From positions 1 to 34,140 of the IMG/VR virus record IMGVR_UViG_3300021091_002721: 34,140 bases of DNA. The stretch is one strand, 5' to 3'. Positions within the stretch are counted from its first letter, which is position 1. Every line of letters begins with the position of its first letter. The position numbers were made by a program, and so were the translations under genes. This document shows, piece by piece, positions 9,098 through 19,174 of this stretch. The notes beneath the pieces are model-generated. The model was not told the DNA's origin. It worked only from the letters and a program-made list of their open reading frames with translations, and made no database searches. Origin of the DNA: a virus (Duplodnaviria; Caudoviricetes).

Positions 9098-9455
9098 TTT
9101 ATTAATTTTTGTAATTGTGGTAACAGTTGTTGCTGGTGCAGTAATAGAAAACATAAGACTAAAAAATAAAAACGTTGAACTAATGTTTTTATTGGCACAG
9201 TCAACTTTAGATATAAATGCCGTCAAAGATAAAATAAGTAATTTAAAAGATAATCCAGAAAAAGATCATTTTATTGCATTTTTAAATGATACAAGAAACA
9301 TGGCATATAAATATATCGAAGAGTTACAGGGTGAATTAATTACTTTTGCAAAAGTATTAGAAAAAGAACTTGAATCTCCAAATGATTTGTCAGTTCCGAG
9401 AATAGCAAAAGCCTTTGAGCAAGTAGAAAAAATGAGGCCACGTGAAGGCGAATAA
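9090..9455 (+). CDS. membrane-anchored coiled-coil hypothetical protein
   Basis: N-terminal TM LLIFVIVVTVVAGAVI; GGAGG upstream of ATG 9090. Confidence 0.65.
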   Translation: MIDLLIFVIVVTVVAGAVIENIRLKNKNVELMFLLAQSTLDINAVKDKISNLKDNPEKDHFIAFLNDTRNMAYKYIEELQGELITFAKVLEKELESPNDLSVPRIAKAFEQVEKMRPREGE

Positions 9456-10977
9456 AATAGTTATTGTTGGAGGTGGATCTGCTGGTTGGATGACGGCATC
9501 TGCTTTAATAAAAGCGTATCCAGAAAAAAATATAAGTGTAATTGAAAGCAAAGATATTTCAATAATTGGCGTTGGCGAAAGTACTACTTTTGAAATCAAT
9601 GGATTTTTTAATTTTCTAGGTATTGATTATTCTAGTATCATGAAATATACCAATGCTGCATACAAAGTTGCAATTGGATTTACTAATTTTAAAACAAAAG
9701 ACTCGCCTACTTTTTATTATCCTTTTGGACACCCCAATTTAGATAAAGATTTAACGTGTTTTGGATTAGATGATTGGTATTATAAAAAATCATTTTATCC
9801 AGATACAGAAGACCAAGATTATGTAAGGTATTTTTTTCCACAAGCAAAAAGCATGGAAACTAATAAAATAGTTATTGATAATATTGAAGAAATGAAGCCA
9901 TATCAACCACATAGGGATTTAGCATTACAAATGGATGCAACAAAACTAGGAAACTGGCTTGCAGAGTTTTATGCAATACCCCGTGGTGTAAAAAGAATTT
10001 ATGGCACGGTAAAGAAAATTAATCCGTCAAATAAAGGCATAGAGTCTTTAGTGTTAGACGATGACACAGAGATAGTTGCTGATTTGTTTGTAGATTGTTC
10101 TGGTTTTAATAGTATTTTGCTAGGCAAATTTATGAATGAAAGATTTGTATCGACTGCAGAATTTTTGCCCAACAACAGAGCCTGGACAGCCCATGTTCCA
10201 TATACAGATAAAGAAAAAGAACTGCAAACTTTTACAAATTGTACTGCCATTAATAATGGTTGGGTATGGAATATACCACTTTGGAATAGAATAGGGTCTG
10301 GATATGTATACTGTAATCAGTTTATTAGTGATGAAGACGCCCTTGAAGAATATAAAAATTATTTAGATTCTGAAAAAATGGTTGTGCATAATCCAGAAAG
10401 ATCAAAGTCATTAAGTTTTAAAAATATAAAAATTCATAACGGATATTATGAAAGGTTTTGGGTTGGAAACGTAGTGGCTGTTGGATTAGCAGCAGGATTT
10501 TTAGAACCTCTTGAAAGTACGGGCTTATTGCTTACACATCAAAACTGTTTTACTTTAATAGATGCTCTTGAGCGAGGACAGGTAACTCAATACGATATAG
10601 ATAATTTTAATTATAAAACTAAAACTAGAATAGAAAAAATGTTTGATTTTGTAGGCATTCATTATGCCTTATCACAAAGAGATGATACAGAATATTGGAA
10701 AAGTGTTACATCAAAATTTTATCCAAAAAATTATTTTAAATCAGATATTCAATGGGCAAACAATAATGTTGATACAATAAAGTCTGGTTTTGGTATAAGG
10801 CCTTTTTATAATACATACATAAGTTTATTAGAAAGTATGTCAGATAAAAATTACAACATTAAAAACAAGATAGAAATATATTTTCAGAAAAGGGCAAAAG
10901 CAAAACAAACTTGGGATAATATTGTAGACAACTCTAAAACACATTTTCAGATTTTAAAGGAAAAGTTTTATGAATAG
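9442..10977 (+). CDS. flavin-dependent (tryptophan) halogenase family protein
   Basis: GGGSAGW, IGVGEST, K in AAYKVAIGF, DLFVDCSG, GWVWNIPL, FLEPLESTG. Confidence 0.9.
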   Translation: MKANKIVIVGGGSAGWMTASALIKAYPEKNISVIESKDISIIGVGESTTFEINGFFNFLGIDYSSIMKYTNAAYKVAIGFTNFKTKDSPTFYYPFGHPNLDKDLTCFGLDDWYYKKSFYPDTEDQDYVRYFFPQAKSMETNKIVIDNIEEMKPYQPHRDLALQMDATKLGNWLAEFYAIPRGVKRIYGTVKKINPSNKGIESLVLDDDTEIVADLFVDCSGFNSILLGKFMNERFVSTAEFLPNNRAWTAHVPYTDKEKELQTFTNCTAINNGWVWNIPLWNRIGSGYVYCNQFISDEDALEEYKNYLDSEKMVVHNPERSKSLSFKNIKIHNGYYERFWVGNVVAVGLAAGFLEPLESTGLLLTHQNCFTLIDALERGQVTQYDIDNFNYKTKTRIEKMFDFVGIHYALSQRDDTEYWKSVTSKFYPKNYFKSDIQWANNNVDTIKSGFGIRPFYNTYISLLESMSDKNYNIKNKIEIYFQKRAKAKQTWDNIVDNSKTHFQILKEKFYE

Positions 10978-11176
10978 TGGTGTTGATCTAAGAGGAATTC
11001 CGTCTTCATGTTGTCCATTATGTGGTTCAACAGTAATAAAGGTTAAGGTTATTTTTGACCCAATAGACTATGAGGTAGGAATGTATTTTCTAGATGGAGA
11101 ATGTAGCGAATGTGGTGCTTTAATGACAGTTCCAACTCCATTAGATCATCCTAACAATATAAAAGGAGAAACGTGA
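10970..11176 (+). CDS. small zinc-binding hypothetical protein
   Basis: CPLCGS...CSECGA. Confidence 0.7.
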   Translation: MNSGVDLRGIPSSCCPLCGSTVIKVKVIFDPIDYEVGMYFLDGECSECGALMTVPTPLDHPNNIKGET

Positions 11177-11331
11177 AACAAATATTATTATCAACTATTA
11201 CAGGATTTGGATGTGGCGTTATATTTGCTGCATTTAAATTACCAGTTCCTGCTCCACCAGTTTTTGCAGGAGTGGCTGGTATAATTGGTTTATGGCTCGG
11301 TTACGACGCCATAGCAAAGTTCATATCCTAG
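11173..11331 (+). CDS. XapX/DUF1427-like small membrane protein (not in ORF track)
   Basis: GTG start after AGGAG; MKQILLSTITGFGCGVIFAAFKLPVPAPPVFAGVAGIIGLWLGY has the LPxPAPP..G..GI.G..LG signature. Confidence 0.75.
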   Translation: MKQILLSTITGFGCGVIFAAFKLPVPAPPVFAGVAGIIGLWLGYDAIAKFIS

Positions 11332-11342
11332 GAGGAAAATAA

Positions 11343-11600
11343 ATGGACGCAAAACTAAAAGCAATGTTAGCATCATACGGACGATCTGTTCTTGGTGCAG
11401 CACTTGCATTATACATGTCTGGAGTTACAGACCCTAAGACTCTTGCATACTCATTATTGGCTGCTATTGCACCAGTTGGGTTGAGAGCGCTTAATCCAAA
11501 CGATAAAGCATTTGGAAGATTACCTGCAATTTCTGCTATTGAAGCAGCGCTTGCAGATGTAAAGGTTAAGTCTCCTGCAAAGAAAGCAAAGAAGAAGTAA
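11343..11600 (+). CDS. putative holin-like membrane protein
   Basis: Two hydrophobic segments, basic C-tail, AGGAGG RBS. Confidence 0.5.
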   Translation: MDAKLKAMLASYGRSVLGAALALYMSGVTDPKTLAYSLLAAIAPVGLRALNPNDKAFGRLPAISAIEAALADVKVKSPAKKAKKK

Positions 11601-11612
11601 TGCTATAAGTAG

Positions 11613-11650
11613 GATGGGTTATTGTTTGTAATAGCCCATCTTTACTTTTT
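11613..11650 (+). terminator. rho-independent terminator between convergent genes
   Basis: GATGGGTTATTG-tttg-TAATAGCCCATC followed by TTTTACTTTT. Confidence 0.75.
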
Positions 11651-12503
11651 CATATAATTCATAATCTAAATTTTGATTTTCTTTAATTTTATTCATTATT
11701 GATTTAGGTATTTTATTAATAAAATTTTTATTTTCTCCAACATTTTGAAGTGGTTTTGTTGTTGGTACAGAAACGCCAAATTTTTCTGAAATAACTGAAT
11801 TTAGTTTTGATAAATCTTTTTCATTTTCTAAAATTTCAATATAATTAATGTTTTGTAATGCATCATCTATATTGTTGTACACTTTAACTAAGTTATGATA
11901 AAACAATGTCTGCGCTCTGTATTCATCCAATGTTATTTTATTTTCACATAATAGATTATAGTTAACTGTAATATCTTTTATATTTAATGTACAGGTAAGA
12001 TGTTTGTGTTGAATATTATTTTGTTTAAAATCGTTCATATGAAACTCTAAATCATCTATTGTTGGATTATCTTTTTTATATAAATAATTACTCAGAAATC
12101 TTTCTGTGGGTTCTCTTAATATTGTATATGTTAATAACTCTTGATTAAAAGTTTTAAATAACTCTATCGGGTACAGGGCAAAATGACCACTAATAAAATC
12201 ACATTTTATCATTTCATCATCATTAATATATTGTATAAAATTACTATACGCTCTGCGTTTATTAAATGCATGTAATAGGGGAACCTTTATAGACATTCCA
12301 GAAGTTTTGGGTATATGAAGAAAATAAAATGATTTTTTAGGAATGTATTCTTCATCATCTATATGACTAGTTTTATAGACTATTTGATTATTTTTTAAAA
12401 TAAATCCAGGGTGAACAAACCATGCTGGAAATGTATTTTCTAAACATTCTACTTTATCTTCTAAATTATATACAGTTTCGTTTATAATTTTTTTTAAAGT
12501 CAT
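11619..12503 (-). CDS. sulfotransferase-family protein
   Basis: FLHIPKTSG (5'-PSB), SGH, LREPTERFLSNY (3'-PB), NLDYELYE. Confidence 0.75.
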   Translation of the reverse strand: MTLKKIINETVYNLEDKVECLENTFPAWFVHPGFILKNNQIVYKTSHIDDEEYIPKKSFYFLHIPKTSGMSIKVPLLHAFNKRRAYSNFIQYINDDEMIKCDFISGHFALYPIELFKTFNQELLTYTILREPTERFLSNYLYKKDNPTIDDLEFHMNDFKQNNIQHKHLTCTLNIKDITVNYNLLCENKITLDEYRAQTLFYHNLVKVYNNIDDALQNINYIEILENEKDLSKLNSVISEKFGVSVPTTKPLQNVGENKNFINKIPKSIMNKIKENQNLDYELYEKVKMGYYKQ

Positions 12504-13240
12504 AAATTTTTATCTTGAAACTGATACTGTAGGTCTGTTGTATATGGAAATTCTATTCCTGCAAATCTTGTTTGTCTTTCTTTTTCTGATATCTCTGAGA
12601 AAAAAGATACAAAGGTGTACCTAATGCCAGATTTTATTGCATGAATTTGGTGCATATAACTATATGCTGAAGGAAATACAAAAAGTTGTCCAGCCTTTGG
12701 TTTTATTGTAACTCCAAAGTGCACAAACTCTAACTCCCCGCCCTCATAGTCATCGTTGGGATAATAAACCATGGACACGGTTCGTGGTGTTCCATATGAA
12801 TCATCTGCATGCATAGAGAACCATTCTCCTGGCTCATATCTTGATATTCTCATTGCTTCTCTACTTAATGGAGCAAGATCCCATTGCCATAAATAGGAGT
12901 CAATAACTTCTTGAAAGTTTTCAACAAACTTAGGATGATTCCAAATCCAACATGTTTCTGATCTTTTGCCATTTACTTCATCATAATAATCTTCACGAAT
13001 CCATTTTCTATTACCAGGGTGAGAAATTTCCCAAAATTTATCATCTTCTATTTCTTTGATAAAAGCCATCGAATCTGGCCAAATGTTGCCATAAATGTGC
13101 ATACCAGGAAATGGTGAGGAAAAATAAAATCTTTCTCCACTTCTGCTTTCTGTAAATCCCTCTTGCTGGTGTTTAAATTTAAGCGGATCCATTTCATTTC
13201 TCTTTTCTCTTTTTAGGCCATATTTGAAAAAGTATGACAC
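12500..13240 (-). CDS. 2OG-Fe(II) oxygenase (prolyl-hydroxylase-like)
   Basis: HADD...YYPNDDYEGGELEF...FPS...H...GIRY. Confidence 0.85.
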   Translation of the reverse strand: MSYFFKYGLKREKRNEMDPLKFKHQQEGFTESRSGERFYFSSPFPGMHIYGNIWPDSMAFIKEIEDDKFWEISHPGNRKWIREDYYDEVNGKRSETCWIWNHPKFVENFQEVIDSYLWQWDLAPLSREAMRISRYEPGEWFSMHADDSYGTPRTVSMVYYPNDDYEGGELEFVHFGVTIKPKAGQLFVFPSAYSYMHQIHAIKSGIRYTFVSFFSEISEKERQTRFAGIEFPYTTDLQYQFQDKNL

Positions 13241-13461
13241 CAGGTTCCGTCTGGCTTTAATGCTAAAGCATGTCTTGAAGTTACTTCTTCTGGCAGAGTA
13301 TAGTCAAATGCGTTTATAGAAATGGCACCCATCTCTTTTGCTTTTGCTGCTGCATCTTTTGGATATTCAAAACATTCAATACAAACATCATCTACTAAAA
13401 GTGGATACTTTCCGTCTTCACAACCATTAGAAGCGGCTCTCTCAATTCTAAAGGTAGGCAT
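13213..13461 (-). CDS. small hypothetical protein, paralog of 13461-13697
   Basis: TF...RAAS.GC....YPL..DD....CF..PKDAA shared. Confidence 0.7.
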   Translation of the reverse strand: MPTFRIERAASNGCEDGKYPLLVDDVCIECFEYPKDAAAKAKEMGAISINAFDYTLPEEVTSRHALALKPDGTWCHTFSNMA

Positions 13462-13697
13462 TACTTAAGAACCCATTTACCTTCTTCTTGAACTACAGTA
13501 AACAAGGCGTCTGATTCAAGATTGTCAACATCAAAAACAATTACTTCTGTTGCGCCATATTCATCTCTTGCATGATTTGCTGCATCTTTGGGCAAATAAA
13601 AACATCCCACTTGCTCGTCATCTTTAAATAACGGGTATTGTCTTTCACGGCAGCCCCCCGAAGCAGCACGTCCTACTTTAAAAGTACTCATATTCAC
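13461..13697 (-). CDS. small hypothetical protein, paralog of 13213-13461
   Basis: same shared motif; translationally coupled. Confidence 0.7.
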   Translation of the reverse strand: MNMSTFKVGRAASGGCRERQYPLFKDDEQVGCFYLPKDAANHARDEYGATEVIVFDVDNLESDALFTVVQEEGKWVLK

Positions 13698-14449
13698 ATT
13701 ATAGCATATTTTTTATCGCTGGATTTAACCTTTTCATAAAGATAATAGTCCGCATGATTTAATTCGTTTATTCTACCTATCCAAGAGTCTGGTATAGAAA
13801 AATCTAAAGGGTTGGGGATAGGGGTATTATGACCAGACCATTCGTAATCTGAAATTGCTTTTGTTATTTTATATTTCTTTAGAAAAATAGTGTTTAGAAA
13901 GTCTATTAGACGATCTCTACTCTCAACAGTTTCTACAATATAAGAGTCTAAGGCTTTATCTATTTCTGAAGGCTCAATGTTGTATTCTTTTAAACACCAA
14001 TCTGATCTCATCTTATCAATAGGCTCTGCAACCTTATTCCAAAGTTCTACGTCAACATAACCCAACAAAAATTTTGATTGTATGTTTGACGTTCCTCTAT
14101 AATAAGACTCATCGTATAAAAATTTTTCCATGAAGGACTGCGGTGTTCCGTATTCAGAACCAACAATTTTTGAATCTACTACCGTAAGACCTTGCCTGTA
14201 CATAAGCCAAAACCAACTAAGCCATTGTTCTTTTGGATTTCTAACTAATGAAAAAGAGATTATTCCGTCTACATATTTTTGTGGCAATTGCCCTATGTGT
14301 CCAGAAATATACTGTTTGTTTTTAAAATTATCTGTGTCTATTTTATCTGTGGGCTCTATAATATATTGAGCAAGTTCTTTTACTTGTTTAATGTAATGAT
14401 TTATAACTCCGCCAGACGTTCTTGGTATATGATTATGAAATATTGTCAT
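13694..14449 (-). CDS. sulfotransferase-family protein
   Basis: HNHIPRTSG, ISGH, VRNPKEQWLSW, ADYYLYE. Confidence 0.7.
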   Translation of the reverse strand: MTIFHNHIPRTSGGVINHYIKQVKELAQYIIEPTDKIDTDNFKNKQYISGHIGQLPQKYVDGIISFSLVRNPKEQWLSWFWLMYRQGLTVVDSKIVGSEYGTPQSFMEKFLYDESYYRGTSNIQSKFLLGYVDVELWNKVAEPIDKMRSDWCLKEYNIEPSEIDKALDSYIVETVESRDRLIDFLNTIFLKKYKITKAISDYEWSGHNTPIPNPLDFSIPDSWIGRINELNHADYYLYEKVKSSDKKYAIM

Positions 14450-14480
14450 TAAATAATTATATCATATGATACAATAAATT

Positions 14481-15047
14481 ATGCACAAAATATTAGGTCC
14501 AGGAATTGTATTATTTTATAATGTTTTTGATCAAGAGTACGTTGATTTTATAGAAACAAACTTTGCTGAACTTTTTCAATTAAAAATTAATAATCAAAAT
14601 GGGAGTTTAGTCAGAAAATCTTATTCGATACAAATGAGTGATTTCAAAAAAAATAATGAATATGTAAATGTTTTATATCAAGATTTTCAAAATAAACTAC
14701 AGGACTGTATTAATTTATACAAGTCAATATACGATGTTCAGAACATGGTTTTTGAATATGATGATGAAAACAATTCAATAGTTACTTTATTAAAATATGA
14801 AATAGACAATTCTGTTATATTTCATAGCGACACTTTAGGAATGGATAACAGGGTTGGCGCTGCACTTGCGTATTTAAATGACAATTATGAGGGCGGAGAA
14901 TTAGAATTTAAACATTTTGATATTAAAATAACTCCTCCAAAAAATAGTTTAATAATTTTTCCATCTAATTGGCCTTATGTCCATAGGTCAAGTCCAATAC
15001 TTAATGGTAAAAAATATGCATTAAGATGTTTTTTGGTTAGTAAATAA
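14481..15047 (+). CDS. 2OG-Fe(II) oxygenase
   Basis: HSD...YLNDNYEGGELEF...FPS..PYVH...GKKY. Confidence 0.85.
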   Translation: MHKILGPGIVLFYNVFDQEYVDFIETNFAELFQLKINNQNGSLVRKSYSIQMSDFKKNNEYVNVLYQDFQNKLQDCINLYKSIYDVQNMVFEYDDENNSIVTLLKYEIDNSVIFHSDTLGMDNRVGAALAYLNDNYEGGELEFKHFDIKITPPKNSLIIFPSNWPYVHRSSPILNGKKYALRCFLVSK

Positions 15048-15121
15048 AATTTGGAGGATCTTTTAGTTGTTTTTTTAATTTTCTCATATAATTCCATTTT
15101 TTAAATTTTCTATATATTGTT

Positions 15122-16012
15122 TTAAAAAACATTCCATTTCTCCTTTGCTGCTTTTAAAAAGCAATCAGCATAATACATGTTTATTAAAGTGCCAGCGTGA
15201 CCGTCTCTCTTCCTTAGATCATGCTCTGTTTTTTGCCAACCAGACTGGTATTGAGTTGCAATATAGTCTACCTGACTATCTATATCCATACTAACATACG
15301 AACTATCTAACATATTTAAAGTTTTTAAATTTTCTAAATCATTATAATACCAAGTAGACCATAAAATTTTGATATTGTTTAAGTTGCAATAATCTATAAA
15401 AAATCTCCAGCCAATAACAAAATTCATCAATGACTCAAAATATTCGCTGTTAGAAAGTATATTTGCGTCTTCTTTTTGAGACGGTCCACCAGGCAATTTT
15501 GGATATCTCTGCATATAGCAATAATCATTTGCGTTCATAGTGTTAAACTCAAACCTTCTAGATATATTGGGCAGTAAAATAAAAACATAGTCTGGCTTAC
15601 TATATTCACGTATATATATTCTTATATTGTCCATTATCATTTGCCATCCCCAGCCCGATTTAGACAAACTATACAAAGTTTTGTCTTCAATATTAGAATT
15701 TTGTAAAAAAATTGTTGGCCAAACTGTATCTAGGTTTCCACCTATCCCTTCGGTTTGAGAACATCCAGCAAACAAAACATGTGGTCTTAAAGGATTTTTT
15801 GTAAATTCATTAGATCTAAAAAAGTTTGAGTTGTATTTATATAAAACAGTTTTGTCGTCTATTACACCGATTTTCATTTCAGACTTAGTTATGGTTTCTT
15901 CTAAGACATCCGTTCCTTTATGCCAAGACAAATCAAACTTATCTGATATTGTTTCAGAAAGACCCCCCGTTACAATATTTTTTTTTAAAAGATATTCTTT
16001 GTCTATGCTCAC
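15122..16012 (-). CDS. SGNH/GDSL-like hypothetical protein
   Basis: FAGCSQTEG block I-like and DGHAG C-terminal motif; similar to 22119 and 23036. Confidence 0.55.
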   Translation of the reverse strand: MSIDKEYLLKKNIVTGGLSETISDKFDLSWHKGTDVLEETITKSEMKIGVIDDKTVLYKYNSNFFRSNEFTKNPLRPHVLFAGCSQTEGIGGNLDTVWPTIFLQNSNIEDKTLYSLSKSGWGWQMIMDNIRIYIREYSKPDYVFILLPNISRRFEFNTMNANDYCYMQRYPKLPGGPSQKEDANILSNSEYFESLMNFVIGWRFFIDYCNLNNIKILWSTWYYNDLENLKTLNMLDSSYVSMDIDSQVDYIATQYQSGWQKTEHDLRKRDGHAGTLINMYYADCFLKAAKEKWNVF

Positions 16013-16767
16013 CAGTTTCTCCTAAGATATATATCATAAAAATTTAATTTATGAAGAGCAATTGCGTCAACAGACCAGTTTTTATTATAATATAAAAACT
16101 CATTTACTGTTTGATATGTGCCATACTGAACCCCATCAATTATTCCGTCATAAATTAAATAATCATTTAGTCCTATTATTCCATCTACTGGTATTAATTT
16201 AGAGGCGTCATTTAAAACTTTTCTTGTTGCTGCTCTTCCATTATGTATGTCTATATAAATATAATCATATTCTTTACCGATAAAATTCGGAAGAATGTCT
16301 TCTGCATCACCCTTATATGTGGTCACGTTTCCATATTTACTAAATTTATTTTTAATAAAATCTTCTGATTCTTCGGCAGAAAAATCGTATGTATGCTTTA
16401 TTGGTTTACATTGACATTCACCAAACCTTCTCCAAGACCAACATTTCATATCTTGATCAAACCTGCAAACCAAATCAATAACTGACGGGCTGGCACTTTT
16501 GCAAACTATTTCAGAATAATATCCCCATGCCACACCAACTTCCATATATCTAATATTCTTTTTAAGGTTTTTGGCATACTCTTCTCTAGATTTATATATT
16601 TTGGCACTGTTTAATTGTTCTTGATTCAATTCTCTGGGATCTTCAATCTCATCTTTATTTAATTGTCGTATCTCATCTCGGCCAAAAGACTCTACTATCT
16701 TTTTGGATTTTCCGCTACTCTGTTCGACTTGTGCAATTATTTGTTTTTGCTCTTCTGTTAATGGCAT
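16009..16767 (-). CDS. class I SAM-dependent methyltransferase (Methyltransf_24-like)
   Basis: MEVGVAWGYYS, YDYIYIDIHN, GIIGLNDY. Confidence 0.75.
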   Translation of the reverse strand: MPLTEEQKQIIAQVEQSSGKSKKIVESFGRDEIRQLNKDEIEDPRELNQEQLNSAKIYKSREEYAKNLKKNIRYMEVGVAWGYYSEIVCKSASPSVIDLVCRFDQDMKCWSWRRFGECQCKPIKHTYDFSAEESEDFIKNKFSKYGNVTTYKGDAEDILPNFIGKEYDYIYIDIHNGRAATRKVLNDASKLIPVDGIIGLNDYLIYDGIIDGVQYGTYQTVNEFLYYNKNWSVDAIALHKLNFYDIYLRRNW

Positions 16768-16802
16768 AATAATGATTATACACTATGATATAATAAAGTA
16801 TT

Positions 16803-17465
16803 ATGAAATCTCCCAAAAAAGGACCTGCATATGAGCAATATATGCAACTTAAAAAATCACAAGAGTCAATTTCTAATCAAGATTTTGAACCTATAATTGT
16901 TAATAATATTTTTTCTACAGAAGACATAGAGCATTTGTATGAGATAGTTAACAATACTCCAGAAGAAAAAACACAAATTCAAAAATGGGGTGGGATGAAG
17001 GCTTGGCATATAGACTTAGGTCCAAGAATTAAAGAAAAAATTAATGAGGCAGTAAAAAGATCTTTGGGGGATTACGTTAGATTAGTAGAAGATCATTCTT
17101 TTTGCAGATATAGTATGGAATATGGTTGGATGACTAAACTGTTTCCACACACAGACATGAGAGACTCGCAAAGAATAACTTTTGACATACAAGTTAAAGC
17201 AGACGAAGAATGGGGAGTTGTAGTAGAAGATGTAGAATATTTTTTAGAAGATAATCAAGCATTAGTTTTTGCTGGCACACAACAGCCTCATTGGAGAAGA
17301 GCAAAAGAATTAAAACCAGGAAGTCATCAAGATATGATATTTTGTCATTTAGAGTATGTAAACGATACACCATACGATGAGCATCAAGATCAAATACTTA
17401 ATGAAAGAAATAGATTTTTTTCTGAGTATTATGATATGCATCCAGATCCTAGCACTTTTTATTAA
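16803..17465 (+). CDS. 2OG-Fe(II) oxygenase-like protein
   Basis: LFPHTD...ALVFAG...HWR. Confidence 0.65.
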   Translation: MKSPKKGPAYEQYMQLKKSQESISNQDFEPIIVNNIFSTEDIEHLYEIVNNTPEEKTQIQKWGGMKAWHIDLGPRIKEKINEAVKRSLGDYVRLVEDHSFCRYSMEYGWMTKLFPHTDMRDSQRITFDIQVKADEEWGVVVEDVEYFLEDNQALVFAGTQQPHWRRAKELKPGSHQDMIFCHLEYVNDTPYDEHQDQILNERNRFFSEYYDMHPDPSTFY

Positions 17466-17466
17466 A

Positions 17467-17646
17467 ATGAAAAATTTAGAAGAATCAATTAAAAATATAT
17501 TATTTAATATAGGAAAAGAAATTAAAGTTCATAAATTAATAGACGGAAACTTTATATTAGAAATAGATTACGACAAATACTGTAATGAAATTATTAAAGT
17601 TTTTAATGAATGTTTAGAAGAAAGTGACTCAAAAGATGTTCGGTAA
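17467..17646 (+). CDS. small hypothetical protein
   Basis: ATG 17467 just after upstream stop; MKNLEESIKNILF... Confidence 0.6.
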   Translation: MKNLEESIKNILFNIGKEIKVHKLIDGNFILEIDYDKYCNEIIKVFNECLEESDSKDVR

Positions 17647-18400
17647 ACTACATTTAATAGGATCTCCAATAGGCAATATGGTCGATGTCTCTAAAAGACT
17701 TACTGATGCATTGCTTGATGCAAAGTATATATGTGTTGAAGATATAGAAAGATTTAAAGAATATTGTAGTTTTAATAATTTTTCTTACACTGCCGAATTA
17801 ATAGATATATGTTTTTCTTTAAATAACAATAGAGAAAAAGACAGCAAAGACAGAGTTATATCTTTGCTTAAAAGCGGTCAAGATGTTTATATTGTTTCAG
17901 ATGAAGGGATGCCAGGGTTGGCAGATCCTGGAGAAGTTTTAGTAAAAGAAGCAATAATAAATAATATAGAAATTATAACAACTCCAGGCCCGTCAGTTGC
18001 TCTTGCTGCAGCATCTATTTCAAATACATTAAACAATTTTATATTTGAAGGGTTTATGTCAAATTTGGATGAAGACAGACACAGTAAGTTTAAGTTTCTA
18101 CAAATGTCTTCTATACCCATGATTTTTCTTTTACATAATCCAAACAATAGACCCATAGACAAAGACGATAAAATTCATATGATACACAATTGTTTTGATT
18201 ATGATGTATTTGTTGAAGAGTGTATTTATTTTTTTGGAGAAGAAAGAAATGCTGTTTTTTGTATAGATCTAACTACAGAAAAACAAAAAATAATTAGAGG
18301 AAAATTAAAAGATATTAAAAAATATTTTACAGATAATAAAATTTTAGGAAACATTTGCTTGGTTGTTGACGGCAAAACAAATCAAAAAATAACTATTTAG
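17636..18400 (+). CDS. rsmI: RsmI-like tetrapyrrole-methylase-fold methyltransferase, copy 1
   Basis: GKLHLIGSPIGNMVD, VSDEGMPGLADPG, PGPSVALAA, FIFEGF. Confidence 0.75.
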   Translation: MFGKLHLIGSPIGNMVDVSKRLTDALLDAKYICVEDIERFKEYCSFNNFSYTAELIDICFSLNNNREKDSKDRVISLLKSGQDVYIVSDEGMPGLADPGEVLVKEAIINNIEIITTPGPSVALAAASISNTLNNFIFEGFMSNLDEDRHSKFKFLQMSSIPMIFLLHNPNNRPIDKDDKIHMIHNCFDYDVFVEECIYFFGEERNAVFCIDLTTEKQKIIRGKLKDIKKYFTDNKILGNICLVVDGKTNQKITI

Positions 18401-18513
18401 TTTTTTTATTGTACTCTCCGTATTTACCTAGGATTGCCTTTATTCTTCCATCTTTTCTTAATCTTACAATCATTCCGTCTTTGATCTGAATTGGATTAAA
18501 TTTATGATTTGGT

Positions 18514-19104
18514 TTATATTGTCCAGAAGACATTTCCGCTACCACGTTTTCTTGTACTTTGTTTTTGTATAGGATTAAATATGTCTGAAAATATTTTTTT
18601 ATCTTTTTCAGAATTTACAATTCTCCTTGACCAAGAATAGCCAGCATCCCCACCCCATGCCAACCACATAATATACCCATTAGACGGATTAGATTGATTT
18701 CCCCAATCCTTCCCCTTTTTATCTACTTCGTGACGAGAAAAATAAGAATACATTCTTTTAACTGTGCTTAGTGAAAGTGATTCGCCTCTTGCTAATTGTC
18801 CTGCACGAGTCCATCCTACTGATGTACCTGCACCTTTTGCTTTACCTTGTTCTTTAAGTCTAATTGCTTTTTTTGCTGCTGCTCTCGCACCTGCTGGTGG
18901 AGAATAGCCGTCTGCTTTTTCTACAAAATCTGTTTCGTATGTAACTGTGTCATCATCTTCCCAAAGATCATCTGCTTTTTTTGCAGGAATACAATTAGGA
19001 ACTGGCTTACCATTTTTTCCAGGCTTCATTCCTCTTTGAACATATCCTTCCCAGCAAGGAGCCTTCTTTTCTACTTCATCTGGGCAGCATTCATGATATG
19101 GCAT
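18514..19104 (-). CDS. phage protein, possibly virion/head-associated
   Basis: CWEGY...GKPVPNC motif and RMYSYFSRH...WLAWGGDAG motif that I recognise from phage proteins. Confidence 0.55.
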   Translation of the reverse strand: MPYHECCPDEVEKKAPCWEGYVQRGMKPGKNGKPVPNCIPAKKADDLWEDDDTVTYETDFVEKADGYSPPAGARAAAKKAIRLKEQGKAKGAGTSVGWTRAGQLARGESLSLSTVKRMYSYFSRHEVDKKGKDWGNQSNPSNGYIMWLAWGGDAGYSWSRRIVNSEKDKKIFSDIFNPIQKQSTRKRGSGNVFWTI

Positions 19105-19127
19105 AAGAATATTATAGCATGTTAAAA

Positions 19128-19154
19128 GAGCAGTTTATGCACATGCTCAGGTGC
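19128..19154 (-). ncRNA. small H-type pseudoknot motif, copy 1
   Basis: GCAC-CUGAGCAU-GUGC-AUAAAC-UGCUC, 20 nt downstream of hsp20 stop. Confidence 0.7.
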
Positions 19155-19174
19155 TCAGTATGACCTACTGTTAT

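Noticed and set aside
7032-10250. Minus-strand ORFs inside RLP and halogenase genes
   Set aside because: Antisense shadows of motif-bearing genes, no RBS or recognisable motifs
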